Shown here: positions 1 to 7,740 of the stretch, one piece after another
Numbering within the stretch: position 1 is the stretch's first letter
Layout: each line of letters begins with the position of its first letter
Virus record (IMG/VR): IMGVR_UViG_3300005915_000001
Coordinates: 2,532 to 66,531 of that record
DNA length: 64,000 nt
Reading direction: 5' to 3' (one strand)
From: a virus
Notes under the pieces: model-generated
What the model saw: the letters and a program-made list of their open reading frames with translations, nothing else
The model's database searches: none
Told to the model about the DNA's origin: nothing
Translations under genes and position numbers: made by a program

Positions 1-146
1 TTACATAAAATGTCCTCTCCTGATCCTTCATGCCGCAAAAATCTATTACAGCTAATCCCCACATCCCATATCACAGTGAATCTCCATCCATTCCAACGAA
101 ATGTATCACCAACTTTTAAATCGCAGGCATATTTCTTTTTAGTCAT
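1..146 (-). CDS. hypothetical protein, partial (runs off window start)
   Basis: ATG at 146 overlaps the TGA of the upstream gene (ATGA); open frame MTKKKYACDLKVGDTFRWNGW... to the window edge; not in ORF track. Confidence 0.6.
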   Translation of the reverse strand, partial: MTKKKYACDLKVGDTFRWNGWRFTVIWDVGISCNRFLRHEGSGEDILC

Positions 147-712
147 AATTCAAACTCCACATATTCTTTGAATTCAATGTCTCGTTGATTGTCAATTATG
201 TTATTCATTTTATTAGATCTCCAATTGGCAGACCAACGATGAATCTGAATAAGCTCAGGATACCCAATATCATACTTCTTTGTAAAATGCTTTCCCCAGT
301 GTTTAGAATGTAATTGAGTCATCTCAATCGCTATGCACACATCCCATCGGTCTTTTAATGTGTACTCAGTATCTAATTTATAGATCTTTGCAATGCGATT
401 ACACTCTTTAACGAAGATAGGGGTTATTTGTAGAACTCCTATAGCATCTCCTCCATCACCTACAGCAGAATTATCACCCTTAGATTCAATCGATATTAAA
501 CTGTCAATAAACCAATCAGGTAATGGATATTTCACTTCAGGAATAAAACCGTGACTGCGAACAACCTCAGCTTTGGGACTAAGATTGTCTGGTATCTCAG
601 CAGTCACGGCTTCGAAGGATGAAAGATCATTTTGACTTCCAAAATAATAACCAATATAAAATGCACATACAATCATTACAGCGACTAGAACTACATTATA
701 AATTCGTTTCAT
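143..712 (-). CDS. lysozyme-like (destabilase/transglycosylase fold) muralytic enzyme with N-terminal membrane anchor
   Basis: LISIES-x-G...GDGGDAIGVLQI motif typical of lysozyme-superfamily enzymes; hydrophobic residues ~7-25. Confidence 0.65.
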   Translation of the reverse strand: MKRIYNVVLVAVMIVCAFYIGYYFGSQNDLSSFEAVTAEIPDNLSPKAEVVRSHGFIPEVKYPLPDWFIDSLISIESKGDNSAVGDGGDAIGVLQITPIFVKECNRIAKIYKLDTEYTLKDRWDVCIAIEMTQLHSKHWGKHFTKKYDIGYPELIQIHRWSANWRSNKMNNIIDNQRDIEFKEYVEFEL

Positions 713-734
713 AGTACTTTGTCCTTTAAAAATC

Positions 735-1259
735 TTACTTCATGTAAATTGGTTTCAATCCAAGGTTCATAAGCCATCGACATAATCTACGAGGTGACGG
801 GCATAGTCCCTTGGTAGTAAACACTCCACAATCATACAGAAAACTATATGCAACTTCGGAGCAAATCTCTTGATTGGATTTACCAAATCTTTTGAACCAG
901 AAAAACGATGCAATAGTCCACTTATCATAGCCATGATTGTTTATAGCAGCGATGTCGGCTACATACCTTGCACGCTCATAAAGATCATCAGGGACACACA
1001 GTTCAAAATACAACCACCTTTTATGATTCTGAATAACTTCATGAGCTGGTCGTATCACTGTGCCGTTGTTCTTGCCACGCATTGTGCTTGTGTAGCATTC
1101 CCCTGAAGCAAAAAGCTTACCTACATCAGTCCACCAAACTTCAGTGTGACTAACCGGAGGTGTGCCCCAGTTACCTAGACCCGTGAAAAATGCTATCGCA
1201 TTGTCAAGCAAGTGCCTATCGAAACCAGCGATATAAAACGGTATTCGAATTGTTGTCAT
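735..1259 (-). CDS. permuted papain-like (NlpC/P60, YaeF/YiiX-type) amidase/peptidase
   Basis: His motif (SHTEV) precedes GYD and ICSEV (catalytic Cys), the permuted order. Confidence 0.7.
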   Translation of the reverse strand: MTTIRIPFYIAGFDRHLLDNAIAFFTGLGNWGTPPVSHTEVWWTDVGKLFASGECYTSTMRGKNNGTVIRPAHEVIQNHKRWLYFELCVPDDLYERARYVADIAAINNHGYDKWTIASFFWFKRFGKSNQEICSEVAYSFLYDCGVFTTKGLCPSPRRLCRWLMNLGLKPIYMK

Positions 1260-1447
1260 GATGGAACCCTTCCAACTTTGTAAATATATTTCATAGCCGC
1301 ATCATATTCAATCAAGCCTCGACATTTCATAGCATGCTATAAAGACTTACTGCATATAGGAAACTCTTCATCAAATGCTTCTATGGTACATTCACCGACG
1401 TCTTCTAAAAACTGAAGAGGCTTTCTAAATATGTTATTTCGTTGCAT
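1256..1447 (-). pseudogene. small gene interrupted by in-frame TAG
   Basis: RBS GAGGT, ATG at 1447, MQRNNIFRKPLQFLEDVGECTIEAFDEEFPICSKSL*HAMKCRGLIEYDAAMKYIYKVGRVPS; TAG at 1337-1339; final TGA overlaps the next ATG. Confidence 0.5.
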
Positions 1448-1459
1448 TATTCATTTACC

Positions 1460-1720
1460 TCAATCAATGTTCTCAGTGATTTTTGGATAAAATACTTCCT
1501 TCACTTCAATGATCCCACGAGGAAAGTACTTCATTACATTAGCACCAGGAATCTCTGTGTAATTCTGATGCCAATTACCACCAAACAATTCGAATGCAAT
1601 GTCGCTGCCATTCACTTTCCCATCATGAGTGATACATGCAACACAATTTCTATCGAATGTCATTCCTTCGACACTGTGTACATGGACTTGACCAAATGTT
1701 ATATAAGTTTTCTTTAGCAT
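1460..1720 (-). CDS. hypothetical protein
   Basis: ORF preceded by the conserved leader ATAGGAGATAGTACAATG. Confidence 0.75.
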   Translation of the reverse strand: MLKKTYITFGQVHVHSVEGMTFDRNCVACITHDGKVNGSDIAFELFGGNWHQNYTEIPGANVMKYFPRGIIEVKEVFYPKITENID

Positions 1721-1724
1721 TGTA

Positions 1725-1937
1725 CTATCTCCTATTTTTCAAAATTAATTTATTGTTCACACCGACTAGATACGAAGATTCACCGCACCTTATAAATGCG
1801 ATTAATTTAGATGGGGTTTTTGTTCCATCACTATTGACTTTGTCTCCATAGCAAACTTCATGCAACTCACCACAATTAGGGCACAATTCCTTGTCGAGCA
1901 ATGTTCGAATCAACTCGTTATTTCCTACTGTATACAT
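1725..1937 (-). CDS. small putative Zn-ribbon protein (start revised to 1937)
   Basis: Conserved leader directly before ATG 1937; CPNCG motif. Confidence 0.7.
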   Translation of the reverse strand: MYTVGNNELIRTLLDKELCPNCGELHEVCYGDKVNSDGTKTPSKLIAFIRCGESSYLVGVNNKLILKNRR

Positions 1938-2064
1938 TGTACTATCTCCTATCAAAACCAGATTAAGTTCTAGAGTCATACGGGACAATCTAAGGGCTTT
2001 TAGTGCCCCAGACATGTATCTATACTGGTTTATTGATAAAACGATCCAGAATATCCCCAGTGGC

Positions 2065-2964
2065 TTATAAATCAATCCTACTGACAACGCATTCATTAGC
2101 AGGTTTATCATCGCGCCATCGAACGAAATGTGCATGAATTAACCGACCACCGTTCCCCACCTCTTGGTACTCTACCTCACAGACACGACCAAGATCTTTC
2201 TCTTCATCGATCTCAACTCTGGTAGTATCATCCATTCCAGATACGTTGGCAATTTCAACTAGCTCACGACTGCTTCCACACTCAGGTGGCCCATCACAAA
2301 GCATAGGAATAGGCTTATCTATATATACTGAGACCTTCAACGACCCAACGAGTCCGAAATACTTTCCTTCTCCGTCAACGAAACCAGTGACAATACAATC
2401 AACTTCTTTTTGAGGTTTAACTTTATACCACCTTCGGTAGTTTGCTTGCTTGAGTACCCACCCTTCATATTCAAGCTCAACAGCCTGCTTACACAAACTT
2501 TCGAAAGTGTCAGTTGGTAGAATTGGTAGTGGCTTTGCAAAATTCACACCGACGTCCAGCACAAGCTTTCTAGCCGTACTCACGTCGATATGCTGCAAGT
2601 CTTCACCGTTGTACCACGGCATAGCGAACGCCATGAATTCAAGATTGTCTGTACAATTTGCAATCGCCGTTGTTGCATCACCTGCATTGCCGTTCGGCAC
2701 GTAAAGCTCACCATCTATTGATGAGCACTTTGGTAAATTCACTACAAGACTTCTCCACCATGGATACTTTACAATGTCTGGTCGAACCAATGTGATTTCA
2801 CGATCTGGTCGCATATTTCTTTCAAAACCAACGAGTTGACCATCGTCTTGCTTATACATTGTGAAGCGATGACCATTATATTTCTGCTGCTTAATAGCAA
2901 CTGGTTGTCCCTTCCAGCTCTTCGGCTTCAAACGTTCATGAGTCCACATATTATGTCCTTTCAA
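2065..2964 (-). CDS. ATP-dependent DNA ligase
   Basis: Motif I KYNGHR, IDGEL, EGWVLK, YKVKP, and C-terminal OB domain (VEYQE...FVRWRDDK). Confidence 0.92.
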   Translation of the reverse strand: MKGHNMWTHERLKPKSWKGQPVAIKQQKYNGHRFTMYKQDDGQLVGFERNMRPDREITLVRPDIVKYPWWRSLVVNLPKCSSIDGELYVPNGNAGDATTAIANCTDNLEFMAFAMPWYNGEDLQHIDVSTARKLVLDVGVNFAKPLPILPTDTFESLCKQAVELEYEGWVLKQANYRRWYKVKPQKEVDCIVTGFVDGEGKYFGLVGSLKVSVYIDKPIPMLCDGPPECGSSRELVEIANVSGMDDTTRVEIDEEKDLGRVCEVEYQEVGNGGRLIHAHFVRWRDDKPANECVVSRIDL

Positions 2965-3824
2965 AATTCTTCATTTCCAACTACTCCATACTTTGCACTT
3001 AATTTCAACGAGAATATCTCCCAGTGTTTGAGACGTTCAACGATAAACGTTTCATCATTCGTTGGTTGATTAACTAACATCGCTTCAACGTCACCACCAA
3101 GTTTCACTAATTCATAATTCTTATGAAACTCGCCTGTGTCGATAAACGCTGCGACGTTCGCTTTAAGAAGTACACCCCACTCAGCAGTTTTGAATTCTTC
3201 AAGCATCTCACTAATAGTCTTGTTGTTTGCATGACACCATATGATTAATGCCGCAAGGAACTTCTTTTTGATTCGAGGAACACCGATTACATTGTCACCT
3301 TTGTCACCAGTGAAAGACATGTACTCTGCGAGGTATTTTGGAGGCACACCATACTCTTCAAGAACTTTCGCAGCGTCCCAATGATACAGCTTACTTTGAA
3401 ATGATTTAAGCATTGTGACATTTACTCCAACAGCTTGTAGTAAATCGTGATCATTGGAATAAATGTAATGCTTGCCGGGTTGTAGCGACATTTTGTAAAT
3501 CACATCATCGGCTTCAAAGCCTTTGGCTTCGACAGTGACATATACGCACTTCAAAAACTTAATGAATACTTCAAGACGACTGTAATAGGTGTCTGACGGA
3601 ACCCTACCACGATTTGCTTTGTACATTGGGTATTTGTCTTTACGCCAACTTTTTTTAGAATCTAAGCACAGAACAATTTCTTGATCTGGGAATTTTCGTT
3701 GTAGACTTTCAATGATTCTTAACGTTCCAAATTCAATGCCTGTTTTTACTCCGGTTGATGCCATCAGAAAATCCATTTTAGCATAGCACCGTCGAACTAC
3801 CATACTGGTATCAATTATCATCAT
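2961..3824 (-). CDS. 5'-3' exonuclease/flap endonuclease (Pol I 5' domain, T5 D15-like)
   Basis: IIDTS, YKANR, EADDVI, SNDHDLLQ, GDKGDNVIGVPRI motifs. Confidence 0.92.
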   Translation of the reverse strand: MMIIDTSMVVRRCYAKMDFLMASTGVKTGIEFGTLRIIESLQRKFPDQEIVLCLDSKKSWRKDKYPMYKANRGRVPSDTYYSRLEVFIKFLKCVYVTVEAKGFEADDVIYKMSLQPGKHYIYSNDHDLLQAVGVNVTMLKSFQSKLYHWDAAKVLEEYGVPPKYLAEYMSFTGDKGDNVIGVPRIKKKFLAALIIWCHANNKTISEMLEEFKTAEWGVLLKANVAAFIDTGEFHKNYELVKLGGDVEAMLVNQPTNDETFIVERLKHWEIFSLKLSAKYGVVGNEEF

Positions 3825-4266
3825 CGTCGTTCACCTCTTTGTATTCCCTGAAATCTTCTATACTAGCATCCATGTTTTTATGATCTTCGGACGTCATTTC
3901 AAATTGAGATTGAAACGTTCGCAGGCACGCACCAGCGTTTTTACTTCTACCAAGTAGAATAAATACCGGCTCATCACTCAGTACTATTTCATTTGTAGCA
4001 ATGATCCGCAACCCGTCAATTGTAATATCAAACATCGGATTGTTGATCTGCGGAAATATAATAGATTGTGTAACAATTTCACGAGTATCTACCTTTGGTG
4101 CCTTTGCTATTGGAGGTGTGATGTAACTTTGATCTGTCTTTGGTAACGCACTTCCAATGCTCGTAACAGCTTGCCAATTGTCGCATGGATTAATGATTCC
4201 ACGCGTCTTACAAGTCTTATATCTTCCACAATTCCCGCATGATTTCGGTGTCTTAAATTCATCCAT
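3811..4266 (-). CDS. hypothetical protein with N-terminal Cys cluster
   Basis: CGNC..C..C; conserved leader at 4264-4281. Confidence 0.7.
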   Translation of the reverse strand: MDEFKTPKSCGNCGRYKTCKTRGIINPCDNWQAVTSIGSALPKTDQSYITPPIAKAPKVDTREIVTQSIIFPQINNPMFDITIDGLRIIATNEIVLSDEPVFILLGRSKNAGACLRTFQSQFEMTSEDHKNMDASIEDFREYKEVNDDDDN

Positions 4267-4281
4267 CGTACTATCTCCTAT

Positions 4282-4326
4282 AAAAACGGATGTGCGATTA
4301 CGAGCCTAATCAATAATCGCACATCC
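4282..4326 (-). terminator. 13-bp hairpin followed by U-tract (terminator or processing stem)
   Basis: GGATGTGCGATTA / TAATCGCACATCC perfect inverted repeat; GTTTTT follows on minus strand. Confidence 0.5.
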
Positions 4327-4448
4327 TAATTTGAGCCACACTTTAAATTACCGCTTTGGTTACGGCGTCCCTTTAGTTGCCCATGATATTTCTCCTTCAC
4401 AAAACAAGGTCTGTCTACTATATGGTGACACCGTAGATTTGTTAAACG

Positions 4449-4492
4449 AAAAAAGCCACACACAGACGTGATTGATACGTCGGTGCGTGGCT
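4449..4492 (-). terminator. intrinsic terminator
   Basis: GC-rich imperfect hairpin AGCCAC..GACGT/ACGTC..GTGGCT followed by a T-run on the minus strand, just after the CsrA-like gene. Confidence 0.6.
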
Positions 4493-4512
4493 CGTCATAA
4501 GAGAGTTTCTTA

Positions 4513-4677
4513 TTACATGTTCACATGTTCGATTTTCACATCTTTCGGGGCTTGGATTGAAATTGTCGCTGTTGATTGATTTGAGGAGTCAGCGATTGCT
4601 ATATCCGCGATCACAACACCGTCCTTTTTTAGGATGATTTTGGTTTTATTCGCCGTGATTTGTATTTGCAGTGCCAT
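4513..4677 (-). CDS. CsrA/RsmA-like RNA-binding protein (54 aa, divergent)
   Basis: MALQIQITANKTKIILKKDGVVIADIAIADSSNQSTATISIQAPKDVKIEHVNM; C-terminal I-x-APKDVKI matches the CsrA signature; RBS AAGGAG; below ORF-track length cutoff. Confidence 0.6.
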   Translation of the reverse strand: MALQIQITANKTKIILKKDGVVIADIAIADSSNQSTATISIQAPKDVKIEHVNM

Positions 4678-5008
4678 CAGCTTTCTCCTTTCTAATTTGT
4701 TCTACAAGATCTTTTATTTTCTGAATCTTTGCGTAATTTTCCAATAGAACGATTTGACGTTTGTCATATCGTTGAGTTCGTTCGATTTTACCAATCTCCA
4801 TGACAGCATTGTCATATTGAGATTGTATTTTTTCTATTTTATGATTAGCTTCATCTAAAATTACTTGTTGTTCAGAGATTCTTTCATTACACTGATCAAC
4901 GTCAAGATATGAGAGATTCGTCTTGACTATCACATCATCGAGTTTCATTGACTCTTTCAATGAAATGATTTTCTGTTTTATTTCTGCTGGTTTTAATTTC
5001 ATATTCAT
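4646..5008 (-). CDS. coiled-coil hypothetical protein
   Basis: ORF with RBS GGAGG/GAGG; heptad-rich sequence. Confidence 0.7.
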   Translation of the reverse strand: MNMKLKPAEIKQKIISLKESMKLDDVIVKTNLSYLDVDQCNERISEQQVILDEANHKIEKIQSQYDNAVMEIGKIERTQRYDKRQIVLLENYAKIQKIKDLVEQIRKEKADGTANTNHGE

Positions 5009-5015
5009 CTCCTAT

Positions 5016-5051
5016 AAAAATGTGTCGTGGGCACAAAGTACCCACGACACA
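5016..5051 (-). terminator. intrinsic terminator-like hairpin
   Basis: TGTGTCGTGGG / CCCACGACACA 11-bp stem followed by T5 on minus strand. Confidence 0.55.
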
Positions 5052-5081
5052 ACACGCAACACACAACACGCAACCCTCGGC

Positions 5082-5567
5082 TTAGTCGTCCTTCTCGGAT
5101 ACTTCAAGCATCTTGTTGACGGCTTCCTCACCCATAACTGCAATCAACTGTTGTTTCAGCTCGCTCAATTTGGATGTCATCTTGACAAGCTTCTTGGCCT
5201 TGGCACGATCCTTCGTTGATCCCATCTTCTCAGCTTCAACAGCCAATTTACGGAATGCAATCACTGCAAGTTCTGCACCAACCGCCCGCATTTCAAAGTA
5301 CAGATGATCACCAACATAATCCTTCTTTTTCAAGTTTACATGAATCTTGAAATCAAACCCTTCAGGAACAGCAACCTTAAAAGGATAGACTCCAGGGTTG
5401 AGATCACCGACCTTATCGAAGATTTCTTTTGTTACACGCTTTACCTTGTCAGGTGTTGGTTTTGCAAGTGACTCATCTTCAGCCTTGTCATTAACCTTGT
5501 CAGGTGTGGTCTTGTCATCGACCTTCGGTGCTGATACTGGTGCCTTTGCTGCGTTAGGTTTTGCCAT
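5082..5567 (-). CDS. hypothetical Lys/Asp-rich protein
   Basis: ORF with RBS AAGGAG; repeated TPDKV in N-terminus. Confidence 0.75.
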   Translation of the reverse strand: MAKPNAAKAPVSAPKVDDKTTPDKVNDKAEDESLAKPTPDKVKRVTKEIFDKVGDLNPGVYPFKVAVPEGFDFKIHVNLKKKDYVGDHLYFEMRAVGAELAVIAFRKLAVEAEKMGSTKDRAKAKKLVKMTSKLSELKQQLIAVMGEEAVNKMLEVSEKDD

Positions 5568-5622
5568 TTTAAATCTCCTTGCCCGTTGGGCATTGTAAAA
5601 TCACCCGTTAGGGCATTAATAA

Positions 5623-5676
5623 AAATACATTTAACCCGTGACACGCTTCCTCGCATGCCCTAGGCAAAACATACTT
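5623..5676 (-). ncRNA. conserved intergenic hairpin motif, copy A (unknown class)
   Basis: AAGUAUGU-UUUGCCUAG-GGCAUGC(GAGGAA)GCGUGUC-ACGGGUUAA-AUGUAUUU; covaries with copies B and C. Confidence 0.7.
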
Positions 5677-5845
5677 AGTAACTACTTCCAATCTGACAAC
5701 GACCCCTTTTGCCTTGCTTGTGATGTTGGCCATCGACGTGATGCTTGCCGCGAACTTTGAAACCACAATCACCACAGTACTTGTCACTATGCCGTTGCGG
5801 ATTCATTTTTGGACTGGAAGCAAAGATTTTCTTTTCATTCGGCAT
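5675..5845 (-). CDS. small basic Cys/His protein (start revised to 5845)
   Basis: Conserved leader before MPNEKK; CGDCG...HH...HH. Confidence 0.7.
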   Translation of the reverse strand: MPNEKKIFASSPKMNPQRHSDKYCGDCGFKVRGKHHVDGQHHKQGKRGRCQIGSSY

Positions 5846-5922
5846 TGTACTGTCTCCTATAAAAGTATTAGTTGAATTGCTATTAATATCCACCATTTAT
5901 CTCGCTGCGTCATGTCGCTACC

Positions 5923-6243
5923 TCAACTATTTTTATGGTAAGACAATTTACCATTTTCTCGCATTATACTCCACGCTTGACCATAATCCTCGTTCTTATT
6001 AACTGAGAACATAAAGTCTGCAAGCAGTCCGGCAGAAATATATTCTGATGGTTCGTTTCCGTATCTGATGCAAACACTTGTGCCAATCGAATCTTCGTAC
6101 ACATCAACATCGATCCAACGTTTCAATGGCTCTTCATGCTTATAATGCACAAGAATGTAATTTCCTGATCCGATGAAACAACCATCTCCATGATTACAGT
6201 GATTTTCCCAATGTCTCTTGCTTGACATGAATTCTATTCTCAT
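5923..6243 (-). CDS. hypothetical early protein (start revised to 6243)
   Basis: Conserved leader at 6241-6258. Confidence 0.75.
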   Translation of the reverse strand: MRIEFMSSKRHWENHCNHGDGCFIGSGNYILVHYKHEEPLKRWIDVDVYEDSIGTSVCIRYGNEPSEYISAGLLADFMFSVNKNEDYGQAWSIMRENGKLSYHKNS

Positions 6244-6283
6244 TGTACTATCTCCTATAAAAACTGTCATTTGATTCTTCGAA

Positions 6284-6523
6284 TTATTCCCCAAAGACTC
6301 TCAACTCTTCGAACTGATTAATCGAAACTTCATCGACTTTCAAGCCGTTGTCTTTGATGAACTCGATGACACGTTCCATTGCATCATCACCCATCGAAAT
6401 GGTCACCAACCAAGTTCCGTCAACATCTACAATATGGTAGCCATCATCAGGATCGCTCCACACAGAGACCATTGTGTAGATATTTGGATTAACAGAATTT
6501 ATTGTCGTTACTATCGCTGTCAT
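6284..6523 (-). CDS. hypothetical acidic early protein
   Basis: Conserved leader at 6521-6538. Confidence 0.75.
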   Translation of the reverse strand: MTAIVTTINSVNPNIYTMVSVWSDPDDGYHIVDVDGTWLVTISMGDDAMERVIEFIKDNGLKVDEVSINQFEELRVFGE

Positions 6524-6544
6524 TGTACTATCTCCTATAAAACA

Positions 6545-6600
6545 AAATTCAGTTAACCAGTGACACCCGATCCGTCGAGTGTCCTAGGCAAAGTGAACTT
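6545..6600 (-). ncRNA. conserved intergenic hairpin motif, copy B
   Basis: AAGUUCAC-UUUGCCUAG-GACACUCGA(CGGA)UCGGGUGUC-ACUGGUUAA-CUGAAUUU. Confidence 0.7.
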
Positions 6601-6994
6601 AGTCCATTGCAGCAATCTCAGCTTCCAATGCTTTGATCTTGTCAAGCTTTTTCTGTTTCAGTGCACCCTTGCGATTTGTCTTCGCGGTTTCGCGAGCATC
6701 TTTTGTTGATTCAAGATATAACTCGTTGGCCATAGCTTTGCTGATCTTATCCAGTTGGTAGAAAACCTTGTGAAGTTGATCTTGATATTTTCGACCGAGA
6801 TCATCTAGACCAAGTTCAATTTCGTTCACATTAATCATGGTGTTTCTGATTTTAACGCATCGTGCATTATTATGGACGATTTCCTTAATCGCATCAGAAC
6901 GAACTTTCTTTGCTTTCTTTGCAGCATCGACACGCTTTACCTTTGCGATTTCTTTGGTGTCGACGACCTTGGCTGTTTTCTTTGCAGTTGTCAT
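6599..6994 (-). CDS. basic coiled-coil early protein (start revised to 6994)
   Basis: Leader ATAGGAGATAGTATTATG before MTTAKK. Confidence 0.75.
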   Translation of the reverse strand: MTTAKKTAKVVDTKEIAKVKRVDAAKKAKKVRSDAIKEIVHNNARCVKIRNTMINVNEIELGLDDLGRKYQDQLHKVFYQLDKISKAMANELYLESTKDARETAKTNRKGALKQKKLDKIKALEAEIAAMD

Positions 6995-7020
6995 AATACT
7001 ATCTCCTATTAAAAAGTGAA

Positions 7021-7076
7021 AAATTTGGTTAACCAGTGACACTCAATCCGTTGAGTGTCCTAGGCAAAACAAACTT
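7021..7076 (-). ncRNA. conserved intergenic hairpin motif, copy C
   Basis: AAGUUUGU-UUUGCCUAG-GACACUCAA(CGGA)UUGAGUGUC-ACUGGUUAA-CCAAAUUU. Confidence 0.7.
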
Positions 7077-7305
7077 AGTCAAAACTCAACACTCCATAGT
7101 TGTGGTATGCATTCATGATGTTATCAGCTTTACATCTATCAGTCAGATATTTTACGCTTGTTAAAATATGCATAACATTCTTGTGCAAAGAAGTTGTTCC
7201 CATCAAATCACCAATACTTTGTGTGGTTCGATGAAGGGTTTTTTCATCACGTTGTTGGACTTCAGCTAAAACTTCACGATACAGTTTGTAGGTTGCATTC
7301 TTCAT
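7075..7305 (-). CDS. hypothetical early protein (start revised to 7305)
   Basis: Leader ATAGGAGATTGAAAATG before MKNATY; the longer ORF-track start would run through a ribozyme. Confidence 0.7.
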   Translation of the reverse strand: MKNATYKLYREVLAEVQQRDEKTLHRTTQSIGDLMGTTSLHKNVMHILTSVKYLTDRCKADNIMNAYHNYGVLSFD

Positions 7306-7327
7306 TTTCAATCTCCTATGAAAAAGT

Positions 7328-7391
7328 TTGACTTGTCTCATCAGACCATGAAGAGTCACTTGCATGGTGACACCCTTGCGGGTGTTTCGAC
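7328..7391 (-). ncRNA. type II hammerhead ribozyme
   Basis: GUC-GAAA-CACCC(GCAA)GGGUG-UC^-ACCAUG(..UGACU..)CAUGGU-CUGAUGA-GAC-AAGUCA: full catalytic core, three stems, loop I/3'-tail pseudoknot UGACU:AGUCA. Confidence 0.93.
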
Positions 7392-7493
7392 TTAAGTAAA
7401 TAAGTTGAGGATGTTTTGTATCCATAATGATTTGGAATTGTTTTTGATTCGTTTTGCAGCTCTTCGTTCCATTTCTCTTAAACCTTGTAACAT
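7392..7493 (-). CDS. 33-aa peptide
   Basis: Leader ATAGGAGATTGAAAATG; MLQGLREMERRAAKRIKNNSKSLWIQNILNLFT; stop abuts the hammerhead. Confidence 0.65.
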   Translation of the reverse strand: MLQGLREMERRAAKRIKNNSKSLWIQNILNLFT

Positions 7494-7530
7494 TTTCAAT
7501 CTCCTATGAAAAATGCCAAATTTAATAAAC

Positions 7531-7729
7531 AATAATTGCACCAACGTCCATATCCTTTAAGAATTGCGTAAATTCCGACTCTTATTGGCAAAGACTGTCT
7601 TCCCCACTTGACTGCTCAGTTCCCTGGATCAAGCAAAACGGGCCATCTGTCCCAGGTGAGGGTATTCAGTGTTTCAGAACCTTTGTCTGACTAAAAGTGT
7701 AACTCACTCACCACGCCGATACAATTATT
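7531..7729 (-). ncRNA. ~200-nt structured non-coding RNA of unknown class
   Basis: 17-bp closing stem AAUAAUUGUAUCGGCGU / ACGUUGGUGCAAUUAUU with G-U pairs that work only on the minus strand; several internal hairpins; no ORF-track ORF. Confidence 0.6.
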
Positions 7730-7740
7730 TTAATCTCCAA

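Noticed and set aside
5623-7076. Hairpin repeats as integron attC sites or a CRISPR array
   Set aside because: No paired RYYYAAC/GTTRRRY boxes, no integrase or cas genes, spacing is gene-sized, and G-U covariation points to RNA structure.
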